Source of the DNA: Lama glama
Taxonomy: Eukaryota
Assembly (NCBI GenBank): GCA_028534125.1
Contig: CM052817.1
Location: 108,936,001-109,000,000, forward strand
DNA: 64,000 bases
Direction: 5' to 3'
Below are positions 39,414 through 52,672 of the stretch, in pieces; the stretch's first letter is position 1, and every line of letters begins with the position of its first letter. The translations under genes were made by a program, and so were the position numbers. The notes below the pieces were generated by a model. The model worked only from the letters and a program-made list of their open reading frames with translations, had not been told where the DNA came from and ran no database searches.

Positions 39414-42400
39414 AGAAAGCATTATTGAAAATGATGTTGTATAAAACACTTGTTATTCTCATTCTCTGCTTGGCCATTTGAAAACCCTAGGTCCCTCTTC
39501 TCACTAAAGTTGCCATCACAACTACATCTTCTTCCTACTACATCTCGGAGGGGTGGCGCAGGTGGGTTTGATGGAAGATGGTAAGAACCCAATGAACATG
39601 CCCTAAACACAATCAGAGATGGCTCAGAGACAAGCTTAGACCTGCTGCCTCATTGTCCCCAAACCTCCCCAACCCAAGGAGGAGCCAGTCTCCCTGCTTC
39701 TAGCTCTTCCTTCAACAATCCTGATTGCTCCGACAGCCCTGGTGAGGACGACGGTGGACTGGCCCTTCCTCCGATGGTTTCCCTAATCAATTGTGTAGAT
39801 TGTGGGAATGGAAGAATCTGAAATCCCATTCCACCATCTTAGCTGTCAGAAGCATCACTGTGTCAGCAGGAGAAAAACAGGACTTCAGCAAACAGTCCTT
39901 TACTGGGCAAAACCTGTCCTGAGATCACCCCATTTTAAACTGCTCAATTACACAAATCTGGACATTTAAGAAAAACAAAAACATTAACACTGATGACAGC
40001 ATCGCTAGGATATGTAACAAATTGTATATTGAAGTTTCCCTGGGAAACGCCGTCCCTCTCTCGTGGATGGAGACGAGCCTGTAAAGCAGCTTTGTGCTAG
40101 TGCATGTTAAAGTTCCAGGTGACAGCTGCGGAGCCAGCATCTTAAAGTGATCAGAAAATTCACGCTGCACGAGGGCCACAGCTGGACCCATCAATCAAAC
40201 TGTGTTTTCTCAAACGAGACTCAGTAGTCGTCAGGTAATTAAACAGTGCATGTTCTGGACTTGAGAATTTTAGCCTTGGGAACTGGATTTGGAAGAAAGC
40301 CAACATGCAGAGCTTTCACTGCTGCTTTAGCCCAAGATGAAGCCCTTTAAAGCCCTGTGTGATGCTGGGATGATTCACAGGGTCCCCATTCAGAACTGTG
40401 CCTGGACTTGCGATCAGCTCCATCGGTCACTGAGGTGAAGAGCATTTAAATGTTGGGGGCTGAGTTAAAACTCACCCCAGTGGAAGCAGAGTGTTCAGTA
40501 TGAGCAAGAGTTTCTCCCTTCTTCCTGATCAGGGTCTAAACTGACGTGGACAGAGAAGCCCATGGTACCAGCCTCTCAGGTGTGGCGGAACACCAGGTTC
40601 ACTCCCTCTGCACTGACGGGCAATACATGTCATCCAGATGATTTTCACTGGAAGACAGGGACCACCCTGATTGTAGTGGCCCAGGTCATGACATCAGCTT
40701 TAAAAATCTGGTGAAAAAGCGTCTCAAGGCTATGGCAGCTCCACATGCAGTACAAGTGGGCTTCTGCTCTGCTTGCTGGAGTCCGCCTGGGTTCTGCCTC
40801 CTGCTCTTACATTTTGCTTCCAGCTAGCGCTTGTTAACACCACCTGCACACCAGCTTCAGTCTAAGCGCCTTTTACCTGTGTTACTTCGTGTAATCCTCA
40901 TAAGGGTCCTACGAGGGAGACCTCTCATTATTCTTGTTTTTCATAAGAGGGGACTTGAGATGCTCATTTATCCTCCAAATATTCACTCTCGCCCACTTTC
41001 CAGAGAAGGGCAAGGAAGCCCTGAGAGACTCCCCACCTGGCAGGAGCCCTCGTGGCCAGCCAGTGGCAGAGATGGGACTGGAAGCCGGCACTCACTCCAA
41101 AGCCCGATTCCTTAACCCTCAGGCCATCGGTCTCCCTCTGCCAGAGGGAAGAGCAGCTGCAGGGATTCCCTCCCCACCTGACTGTGTCTAAGGCAGAGGA
41201 TGGGTGCAATCCTGTGAGTTTTTTAAGATCAAGAAGCCCTTTGCCAGAAACCCTGCAGACCACCCCTCAGGTCTCACCCCCAGAATGGTCGCCCTCGCCC
41301 AAGCTGATGACCATCGGCGGGTGGTCAGCACCTTCGCCCCGTGGAGATGGGAAGCAGCCGGCCCTCCCGGATGCTCCTGGAGAAGGAACCCCAGGGCAAC
41401 GTGGGTGCTCTCCCAACAAGGACATGGGTGACAGCGGGCAGCCCGACCACGCTGTGTCTGCCAGAGGCGTCCACCAGGAAAGCCAGGGTCTCGGGATGCT
41501 CGAGTGGGGGCCACTTATATGAAATCAAAAGGCCCTGAGCCTCAGTCCTTCCTTTGGAATTTCATATCGGGAAGTTCATCATGCCAGACATGCATCAGAA
41601 AAGAAAAATGCCTGAAATAGATTCACCCCTCCCCAACCTGGACACTTCTTAAACCAGAAATCCAGTCTTTCCTGGGACAAAATGTGTGTTGAAAACTTTC
41701 TAAGATGCCCCATGAAAAGCCTTCATGAAAGCAACGGCCCCTAACTTCACGATGTTTAAAAGTAAATAAGAAAAAAAATTTTTAAAGCATCCATATACAT
41801 AAATAAATACGCTAATGACTTACAAACAAACAAATACATCAGACGTAGCTTTGTTGGGAGCGCACGTGCCCTTAGGGCTGAGACTGTCACTGCATTTCTT
41901 TCCTTGTTTGTCACTGACCCACTTCTAGAAAGAAAGGCAGGGGCACAGTGTATGGGACCGCTCGGTCACAATGCAGAGGAGTAACCACAGGCGTTCCACC
42001 CGAGCCGGATCAGCAGGTCTGTGCGTCATTTGCACACGGGACACACGGTTCAGTCCACATGGTAACATGGCGTTTGTCGGAACTGCTCACTGGGAAAATC
42101 CTGTTTGGAAATTCCCAGTGTACAGACACCAGGGTCCCGGTGCAGGTTAACTGTCTGTCCTTCCCTAAATAGAATCTTGCCCCACAATTGATTTCTGCCC
42201 TGAGGACAGAGACACAACTGCTCAAAGTCCAGACAACTGGGCTGTGTAGACATAGCTGGAGGTAAATTATTGGAGTCGTCCTAACGAGATCCAGCAGGCT
42301 ATTTAAAATACAAATAAATAGTGATGATCCACTTTTTGTCAGTTAAATTGGACATAATTTTTCAATTTCTAGGTGCATTTTCCAGTTAATCATTGTATCC

Positions 42401-43121
42401 TCTGTTCAGTAAATGCACCATTTTACTAACCATAAGCATTTACCAGTGGTAATCAGTCAGGCTTCTGCGGGAAGCACACTAGGGCAAGCAACACCCAAAA
42501 CAATCCTCTTCCACATTCACATGTTGGTGGGGCTCTGCTGCTGGGCTGACCTCACCTGGGCTCGCCTTTTTTTCCAAGCCAGACTGGATCGCAGGCTTCA
42601 GACTGGTCCTGTCTTCCTTCCAAGATCCAGGCTGAAGAAGCAGCAGCTCCCCAACTTGGGAGAGAAGTCAGAATGGGCAATTTAACTGCTTAATCAGGAT
42701 GACTCAGCCCGCCCCCAGCCCCCGGGCGGCTCCGCACCTGCGAATTCCTCCTGCTCCGCACCATTCGGGATGCGCTCCTGATTCGGCTGTGCCTCGCCCG
42801 CTCCACCTCCATCGGGGTTAGTCTTTTGGCAGCAATTCCCCAAACAGCATTTCTTGCGGGTTTAAATCTGGCCTCTGCCTCCGATCTTCACTCTTATCAC
42901 ATCCTCCGTTTCTGCTCACCCAGCCTGGGTCCATGTTCCCACTGTGCGACCTCCCGCGTCAGCACCCGGCGCCCAGAACCCGACCCCAGCCTCGAGCGCG
43001 TCCTGCCTTTGGCTCATCCAACTTCCAACCGAGGACGTTGACTCTCAAAGCCGGCGAGTCACCAGTCAATCAAAATGCATCATGAATTTAGACTACTAAT
43101 AACATTTAAAGAAATGTTATA

Positions 43122-43553
43122 CTCATTTTCATATTCTTTTTCATTAAACATTATTACAAGATATTGAATATAGGTCCCTGTGTTATACAGAGCAAATTTG
43201 GTTTTCTAAAGTCTATTTTTATATATAGTGGCTAATATTTGCAAATCTCAAACTCTCAAATTTATCCCTTCCCACCCCCATTTCCCTAGTAACCATAAGA
43301 TTGTTCACTATGTCTTTGAGTCTGTTTCTGTTTTGTAGATAAGTTCATTAGTGTCCTCTTTTTCTAGATTCCACATATGAGTGATATCACATAGTATTTT
43401 TCTTTCTTTTCCTGGCTTCACTTAGAATGATGATCTCCAGGTCCATCCATATTGCTGCGAATGTCTTTATTTTATTCTTTTTTATGGCTGAGTAGTATTC
43501 CATTGTATAAATTTACCACAGCTTCTTTATCCAGTCATATGTCAGTGGACATA
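43122..43553 (-). mobile_element. L1 3' region (cetartiodactyl type)
   Basis: tagattccacatatgagtgatatc; atgatctccaggtccatccat; tttatggctgagtagtattccattg. Confidence 0.9.
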
Positions 43554-45195
43554 CTTCTTACACAATGCGTATTCCTGTATTTGATTTCTTGAGAACCTCA
43601 CTCAAACAATGGCAGAGTGTGCCTCATGTAATCCTACTCAGGTGACACTAAATGTCTGAGACAAGGTCCCAACATTATCTGTGTTAATTAAAGACACACA
43701 TATCTTCTATTCAAAACTAATCCCAAAGTCACACACATGCAATCCCTCCCATTTCAAAGTGTAAAAATTCCATACAGATTTAACAAATTCATTCAAATAA
43801 TGCAGTTTCTGATTTAGACAGCACTAAACTTTTGAACTTTTACTTGATTATTTAGTCTTGAACCGTGTTTGCAGGTGAGCCTCTGATGCGGGAGTCAAGT
43901 TCATGAACTACATTTTCAGATTGCTCTTCTCACTGAATCAGAGTCCATCATTTCAAAGAACATCCCTTGATGGTCTAGCACGTACAGAGCATTGAACACT
44001 CTATAAAACACAAAAATCACCAAAATAGATTTCTGTCTTCCTGGAGATTTGTCTGTAGTTTGCAGATATTTACTGCCAGGGATACAGAGAAAGAGCAAAA
44101 CTAATTGAAAAGACAACATATTTTTGGAGAGTTTAATGTTTTCATGAAGAATAAGCTGAGAAGTGAGGTTGAAGATGATCCCCAGTATGTGTGCTGCCTG
44201 GATCACGGAGGTCAGGGAAGACACCTGAGCTGAAGTCTAAAGGGAGAAAGGGACAAACACTGTGGATCTCCAGCAATGTGGGGGTTGAGGAGGAGAGAAT
44301 TCTAGGCTCAGAGGAGAAGACAGGATCCCAGTGTGTGGACAGACGTGTGGGTCCGCGAGACCCAGGAACAGAAGGAAAAGATGCTGATGCCCAGTGAGCA
44401 AGGGGGAGCATGGTGCCCGGCGGGCTCCTCATGGGGGGCAGGTCACCAGGGGAGCTTTGACACAGATGGTGGTGGTTTGCTGGGGGGGCGGTGATTTCCA
44501 GGGGTTGCTGGATACAGGCCAATAGAGAAGCTGTTTGCTTGTGAAGGAGCAGCAAGGACTGGGCCTTTGGGGATCTTATTTCCAGTAATCACCCTCTCAT
44601 TTACTAACCACACCAACTTGCCGCATGAACCACTCTTAAGGGTCTTATTTGTCTTACCTGTATCATGTCAGAGTCTATGCTGTCAAGGTCCCATTATAGA
44701 CTTTAAGACATTAAATTAAAAATCTAATGATCTAACATTGACTGACAACTGACACTGTTATCTTAAGCCTCTTTATTCTGAGTGAATCATTCTTGGCATC
44801 TGTTCCGTCCTTCAGCCCAGACCTATAATATGCACAGCTTGTGGCTGGACAAAGAAGTATCCTAGCAACCAAAATATAAGTACTTCCTTTGTGCTGTGAG
44901 ACGCCCACATGTAGATGGAAAGAAAAATGCCAGCTCTCTGACAGAATCAAAAATCTCTTCAAAAGATAAGTAATTGAATTTACATATTCATTCATCAACA
45001 CATTCTTGTTAAATCCCACTAAATGCCAAAAATCTGTGACACTTACTGAGGACTCAAGGTTAGTGCCAGCGTAAGGTCGGGATTTCATGTTTAACAGATA
45101 ATTTATTAAGTTAGTGAATAATCCTAATGAGCAAATTGTTGTACATATGATATTCTGGTTTCATCTGAAAATATATCGAAGAGAACCAAAGTGTC

Positions 45196-45699
45196 TGTAC
45201 TATTCAAGGTTCTCCGGAGAAACAGAACCAATGTAACATACTCATGGATTGATTGATTGATTACAAGGAACTGACTCACACGAAACTCCCAAGATCTGCA
45301 GGGTAAGTCCACTGAAATCCAAAGACCTGAGACCCAGGAGAGCTGCTGGTGACGTTCTGTTCTGAAGGCTGTCTGGCTTCAGGTCCGGGGGGGGCCAGGG
45401 TTTCAGGCTGAGCCTGAGTTGAAAGAAAGCCATCATCCCAGGTTGAAGAAGATCGGGCATGAGGAATTCTTCTCTACTTGGGAGGATGAGATATTTTGTT
45501 CTGATCTTGTTGTTCAGCCTTCAACTGATTGCATGGGGCCCACCCACATCACGGAGGACAATCTGCTTTCCCCAGCCTACTGATGTAAATGTTAATGTCA
45601 CCCAAAAACACCCTCATTGAAACACCCAGAACCATGTTTCACCAGGTATCCGGGACCCCTGTGGCCCAGGCAAGCTGATGCATAAAATTAAGCATCACA
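45196..45699 (-). mobile_element. MLT2-like (ERVL) LTR
   Basis: ggttctccggagaaacagaaccaat...ccttcaactgattgcatggggcccacccacat...ataaaattaagcatcaca. Confidence 0.88.
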
Positions 45700-48600
45700 G
45701 CATGCAAAGTTCAAGGCTGACGGGTTAATGCCGTGGCATGGTAGTGAGGCAGGAGAGAAGGAAAGAATTGCAAAGAGGTACGGATATGAGGGAGGACAGG
45801 GTCATGGGGACAGCAGGACGTGTGCTTACTCACTAGGCTGGGAAAGGAGGTAAGTGTGATGAAGACTGTGGGTGCCAAGGTAAAGCAACTCTCCCCCTAC
45901 AGGTGTCCCCATGATAATAAGGCCACAGGGATGGATTTTTTGCATGTTTCTGGCTGTTTGTGTGTGTTTGTGTGACTCTGTGGCTGGAAGTGGGGTATGG
46001 AGAAAAACTGGGTTAAAAAAAGGGGGAAATTTCCTAGGCAAAACAGAAGAGTACCCTTCCTTGGCTAGCTCCTGCTTCGTGGAGTCGATGATGCAGTTCC
46101 AAGGCAACGCACAGGCACGAGGCTGTGAGCAAAATGTTAATGACAACCTTGAGAAGTCACACGGTTCAGTCTCCTGCCTCCAAGCACACACGTCTTCTGG
46201 AAATGAGACTCTTCCTTTTTATTTTTCTATTTCTCCAGGAAGGACCATTCCTGAGGCTAATTCATTAACAGAAATATTCAGTTTCCTCTACGATGCTGCC
46301 ACACACACGACTAGTGCATAATACAAAGTCTCAGAGCACTTAGGTGCTCTGGTGATGCTGTAACCGTTCTGCTGTTGGTGCTGTGGGGTGGTTCTCTGCC
46401 ACTATCCACAGACATCATTGTGTAACGGGGGACTTGCTAACTGGCCTCTTCAAACCCCAGTTCCCCTAACTGTAAGATGGAAGTCTGGATTAGAGAATCA
46501 TTATGGAGTCTTCTAGTCTTCTTTAATTTTGTACCTGTGATTTCCATAGCTTTAATACTGCTTTCACCCCCAATGACTCCATCCCTGTCTTAAAAGGTGC
46601 CATGCTGCCCTCATGTGGTCAGACTCGAACTGTCACACACTTACTAAAACCAGTAAGCACATTTTTGTTTTAATGAACGGCAAGTGAAATCCTACACTTG
46701 AAGTTAAAATTCATAAATAAAAACAAAATCAGTTTGGATCACCTATCCAGTGAAAGTGTCAAGGTCTTATCCATTCACCGTGATGCAAAATTCTCATGTA
46801 GGAATAATGACACAAATACTAATGTGAGTTCACGTTAACCAGCACTAGCTAAGTGCCAGGCAGGATGGTGCTTCACGTACCTCATCTCATGTAAGGTTTT
46901 CAAAGATGGGTTGCTTTGATATAGTATTTTTCAGATATAGACCCTAAAACACCCTCGGGGGAAATGCCAGGGTGTCACAGTAAATAAATGGGTATTGGTC
47001 TGTCTGCTAGCTCAAACCGTTTCACCATTTCATCATTCACTCTTTATCCGATCGTTTTATATTTACAAAAGCTAATTTTCTAACCTTCTGTTATTTCAGG
47101 GGACATTCATAAGGAAATGGACAAAGAATTCTTGAAAATATGATGAGGTAATATGGATGGAAACTAGAAATGCATTGCCTAATATGAAAATAACAACTCA
47201 AAAATGTTAACTTATTTTTGAATTACGTAGCCTATTGCTAGTGGTACAATACCGCTTTAATAGCTAACATTCAATACTAACCAACTGTGATGTGAATCAA
47301 TAGAGACTGAACATCTTACACCCACCATTGAATACTGATTTTCTCAACAATTCAAACCTTATCCTTGGCAAGTGCAAAATGATCTGTTAAGAATTCTGTG
47401 CAGAAGCGTTTTTTTTTTCAGGTTTATAGCTCTATTTTATGACTGCATAAGGCAGATCATCAGTGGGTGTGTTTCAAGTTGCAAAAAAGAAAAAAGCACA
47501 GTTTAAAAGTGGGAGGGCACGTCCACTCAGAGCAGCAGCACAGGATCTTAGAAGAATGACAGAAGCAGTCGACATGTTAAGCTCTGCTCTCCAGGGGCTG
47601 GCTATGTAAATTTTAGGAGCTCTCCATCTCATTAGGAAATGTCTCTTCTGCAAACTAAAGAGATTAGACTCTAGATATGTATGTGCTGTACATCCCATGA
47701 ACCTAGTGATCCTAAAATGTCTTGGGTTCAAATCATCTTCATCTTCGGCCTGCTTTGTTTAATAATATAGTCACTCCTTGACTGTGTGGGTTGAGTTTCA
47801 GAAAGCCCCACGGTAGGAGGATATGTGTTTAATTAAGCTTCATTTAACTTCTTCAGTTATTTCTCAACCACCTGCCTAAGGCCTGAGGTTAACAGTGTTA
47901 TCTTGGTCCAGAATAACTCAATGACAGATCAGGTGCCGTTAGATCCTTTTAATGCATCGCACAGACAGAGCAAGCTAGTGATTGAACTTCACATAACATT
48001 CCCTCTTCCCACAGTCCACGCAGAAATCACATTACCTCGATTTTCTATTTCAAATTCCAACAACTCTATTTCCGTAAACATCTCTAAGTGAAGAAATAGA
48101 AACTTAAACAAAAATTCTCCAAATGTGCTGGGTCAGGGGGAATATCTAAGCTGAAGTTACAGCTGTATTTACAAAACCTAAACAAGTTAGTCATTAGGAA
48201 ATTACCTTATTCCCCTGATGATGATGACAGTAGCTCTTAAATTATATGACTGTGAGTCCACTGTTGAGATCAGTAAGGAAGGTCATTAAGATGCAAAACA
48301 GACAGTGGAGAGCTACTGTCTTCAAATGTGAAGTGATTTTTCCCTAAGGACTTAACATAAAGACAGTACAGTCTACAAATGTTGGTTCTGAATCTTGTCC
48401 CAAAGGGAGATTTTACAGCCAAGCAATTACAGCCACTAAGATGAGTCAACTTCTGTGGCTCAAGCATGTTTTATCCATTATCTCTAATCCTCATAATGAC
48501 ACCAGAACTAGAAATTATTTCTAATTTATACACAATATAATCGAGAAAGATACATAGTTTCTTAAGGTCACACAGACAATAAGCAAACAAGTGTCAGAAC

Positions 48601-48729
48601 CCATGTTTATCCAAATCCAAGGCTGTGTGTTCTCCACTATGTATGTCACACCCACTGTGGCATTATTTAGGGTCTTAGTCCAAGGATGACCTAAAAGACT
48701 GCAGTGCACAAATATGGTATAAAAATAGT

Positions 48730-50052
48730 GATCATCAGGAATAAGGTAAAGATATTCCTTCTCAGCACTGCTCTTCGACGTTGTACATGAAGTCCTAGCT
48801 AATGCAATAAGACAAGAAAAGGGAATGAAAGTTATGGAGATTGGGAGAGAAGACATAAACTGTCTTTGTTCACATATGACAGATTCATCAATGCAGAAAA
48901 TCAGAAAGAATCAACCAAAAAACTCCTGGAACTAGGGAGTGATCATATTGAGGTTGCAAGATATAAGGTTAATATAATAAAGTCAGTCTCTTTTCTAGAT
49001 ACCAATCATGACCAAGTGGAATTTAAAAACATAATGTCATTGACATCAGCAACCCCCAAAGAAGTACTTAGCAATCGAAGTCCAAGAAAGTTCGATCTGT
49101 ATAAGGAAATATACGATCTGTATAAGGAAAACCACAAAACTCTGATGAAAGATAACAAAGAAGAACTAAATAAATGTGAAAATATTCCATGTTGATGGAC
49201 AGGAAGACTCAGTATGGTCAAGATGTCAGTTCTTCCCAACTTGATCTGTGAATTCAACAGAATCCCAATCAAAAGCCCAGCAAGTTAATTTGTGGATACT
49301 GACAACCTGATTCTAGAGTTTAGACAGAGAGGCAGAAGACGCGGAAGAGCCCTCATGATATTGAAGGAGAGAAAAAAAGCCCCAGACCCACCCGGCCTGA
49401 CTTTAAGACTTAGAGTGCAGTTGCAGTAATCAGGACAGTGAGGTATCAGTGAAGGAACAGACAGATAGCTTAATGGAACAGAATAGAAACCCCAGAAACA
49501 GATTCACATAGATATAATGAACTGATCTCTGACAAATAAGCAAAGGCGACACAATGGAGCAAAGATAATCTCTGCAGCCAATGATGCTGGAACAGCTGGA
49601 CATCCATGTATAACATAAAGAATTTCGACACAGAACTTACATCCTTCACAAGGTGGGTATAGACCTGAATGTAAAAAGTAAAACTGTAAAACTCCTAAAA
49701 GACTGCATAGGAGAAAATCTACATGACCCCAGTGTGGTTGTGACGTTTTAAAACACAATACCAAAATGCACAAACTATGAAAGAAAGAAATCGTAAGCTG
49801 GTCTTCATTAAAATGTAAAAGACTCCGGCAAGAGAATGAGAAGACAAGACACGGACCGGAAGAAAGTATTTGAAAAAGACACACCTGATAAAGAACTGCT
49901 ATTCAAAATATACAAAGAGCTCTTAAAACTCAGCAATAAGAATATAAACAACCCACATAGAAAATGGACCAAAGACTTTAACAGACACCTCACCAAAGAA
50001 GATAAATAGATGGCAAAGAACATATAAAAATATTCGATATCATATGTCATTA
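48730..50052 (+). mobile_element. L1 ORF2 fragment (RT/C-terminal region), degraded
   Basis: gaagtcctagctaatgcaataagacaag. ORF 48866-49195 (ENQKESTKKLLEL..VARYKVNIIKSVSFL..DLYKENHKTLMK..KEELNK.ENIPC) is L1 ORF2-like. Confidence 0.93.
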
Positions 50053-51529
50053 ATATATTATTAATTTGTAAAACAAAACAGTGATCAATTAAAAATCATT
50101 TAAACCAAGCAATCCTTCAAAGCAATGAAATGAAATCATTCTGTAAGTAGTTCTCATTTTCATAGGGTTCCTGAGTTATAGAGTTCCCTGTAATTGTTGC
50201 GTGTAAAGTTAGATTCATAACCAGGATGAGTCACCCTCATTTATGCAAATTCCACTTGAAGATGGGTCTTTTTATATGCCTGCCTCTTCCTGCAAGTCTT
50301 CCTTTTTTCTTACATCTCATCTTTGAGATAATGTGATTTTTTTGCACAGGCAGTAGAAGTCAAAAGGCATGTAATTGTTTCAGGCTCCATCTGACTTAAG
50401 GGAATGGAGTGGTATTAAAACAGAATTTACATTAGAATTAGTGACATTCTGAGAATAAAGGACACTGGAATTATTTTCTTAGATCCCGAAAAGGGCATAT
50501 CTATGCTATTTAAAATGATTACATGAGACAGAAAGGGAGTTTCAGGCTCCTGCAAAATACTATTGCCATGTGAAATGTGTTGTTTTTGCCTACAAATCCC
50601 AGATTTCTGAAGTACTTGACTGGAATAATCTAAGTCTGTGAGTAGAGAACTACTGTTTTGCTATGAGTGGTTAGTAATGGTTCTCAGATAAACTTACCAG
50701 CTGTCTCCATCCACAGTGTGTGCATCCCTCTGTTCACATTTATTCAAATGTCAGCAGAACAGAAATGGATCGAGGTTTCTACAGAAACCAGTCTGGTTTC
50801 AGGTGTTTCTGGGGGCATCTTGTCCCAGTGCCTGTTGGAGAAAGGAGGTGTAAGGCAGGGCTTTTCACCGCTGACATTTTCCCTCCTGGTTGGAAGCTGG
50901 CTGGTGGAGGCACCACCTAGTTCTTCGTTTTGTGCATATCTGGCGGCCCCTGATGCACCACCCTCCAGCTGGGAAACTGGAATGAGCTACTTCTAAAGCC
51001 TCACAAATCCTGCCATCAGCAGTGGCTGTTAGACAGCATTTCTCCTCTTCAGCCTTAGAGGGAATTGGAAAGTCTTGTACCCAGAAATGTATGTAACATA
51101 TTTTCTCATTCAGGATTTATGTAGTTCTGATGACATGTGGCCAATATAAGAAGTCAAGATGACTTCAACACCAACATGAATCCAGCTAACAACAACATTC
51201 ACAAAGGAGATGAGAGGTGGATTTTGTGGCAGTAATAAAAATTTCCCTGTAATATCCAAAACCAAAGATAATCAAATATTCCAGTCCAGACACTAGCTGA
51301 TTAATTACCTGGAGGAATAGGATTCTCTCCCATAATATAGAGAGAAACATATTAAAAGGAAAAAAAAAAGCTCTTCCATTTGGAGGTAGCACAATGACTC
51401 AGCTGCGTTACTGAGTGTCACACTTTCCTGTAAATCGTATCAGAACATAGAAAGCTCACAGTGGACTACAAATGATATTGTTGATAAAGAAGAGCCAACA
51501 CAAAATAAAAATAATGAGAAGAAACAACC

Positions 51530-52029
51530 NNNNNNNNNNNNNNNNNNNNNNNNNNNNNNNNNNNNNNNNNNNNNNNNNNNNNNNNNNNNNNNNNNNNNNN
51601 NNNNNNNNNNNNNNNNNNNNNNNNNNNNNNNNNNNNNNNNNNNNNNNNNNNNNNNNNNNNNNNNNNNNNNNNNNNNNNNNNNNNNNNNNNNNNNNNNNNN
51701 NNNNNNNNNNNNNNNNNNNNNNNNNNNNNNNNNNNNNNNNNNNNNNNNNNNNNNNNNNNNNNNNNNNNNNNNNNNNNNNNNNNNNNNNNNNNNNNNNNNN
51801 NNNNNNNNNNNNNNNNNNNNNNNNNNNNNNNNNNNNNNNNNNNNNNNNNNNNNNNNNNNNNNNNNNNNNNNNNNNNNNNNNNNNNNNNNNNNNNNNNNNN
51901 NNNNNNNNNNNNNNNNNNNNNNNNNNNNNNNNNNNNNNNNNNNNNNNNNNNNNNNNNNNNNNNNNNNNNNNNNNNNNNNNNNNNNNNNNNNNNNNNNNNN
52001 NNNNNNNNNNNNNNNNNNNNNNNNNNNNN
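51530..52029. other. Assembly gap (exactly 500 N)
   Basis: Run of N; the round size suggests a placeholder gap. Confidence 0.99.
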
Positions 52030-52184
52030 CCCAGTTTAACACTAGCATCTTTCTCAGCGCACGTTCCAGGTTATTTGACTATCTTTAGCTGGTTGTTTAA
52101 AGTTTACATCTCATGCAATCCTACTGCTCACTGATAATGAATTAATAATGCCTTTTTCAGAAACTGCAGAATTTCATAAAGCAT

Positions 52185-52440
52185 ATAAAAGTAAGGATGC
52201 AGACCTGGAGAGGCCGCAAGCCCAGACTGGAGCCAGACTCCATCTCAGTCCAAACCCAAGACCCACCATTGTCAGATGCACGGCCTTGAGCGCGCACCTT
52301 ACCTTTTCTGTGTCTCAGTTTCCCCATGTGTACAATGGAAATAACGATAATACTATCCACTGCAGGATTTGTTACCGAGGATTGAATAAAGGTAATAATA
52401 CTTGTAAGGTGCTTAGAACAATGCTGAGAAAATCATCAAT
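52185..52440 (+). mobile_element. MIR directly upstream of the CTSO CpG island
   Basis: ctgtgtctcagtttccccatgtgtacaatggaaataac...aggattgaataaaggtaataatacttgtaaggtgcttagaacaatgc. Confidence 0.8.
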
Positions 52441-52672
52441 ACGAGTGTTTATCCGGCCCAGCCCCCGGACCCCCGGACCCCCGGACCCCCGACGCAGAAC
52501 CGGACTCCACCCCATCCCCGGGCCCGCCCCCCGTCCCGCCCCGCCCCGCCCCGGACCCGCCCCCGGACCCGCCCCCGGCCCGAGCCCCCACAACCCCCCA
52601 GTCCCCGGCCCCGCGCCCCGCCCCGCCGCGGGGAGGAGCCCGGGAACCGAAAGAGGAAATGGCTGAGGCGGG

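Noticed and set aside
40831..41538. Cluster of overlapping ORFs up to 156 aa
   Set aside because: Locally GC-rich sequence with ORFs in many frames; no domain or convincing splice structure.
48866..49195. 109-aa ORF, including a 21-bp in-frame duplication (49093-49130)
   Set aside because: Fragment of decayed L1 ORF2 bounded by stops and frameshifts; the duplication is a neutral slippage event.
51440..52134. 202-aa and 220-aa ORFs containing X runs
   Set aside because: Artefacts of the N gap.
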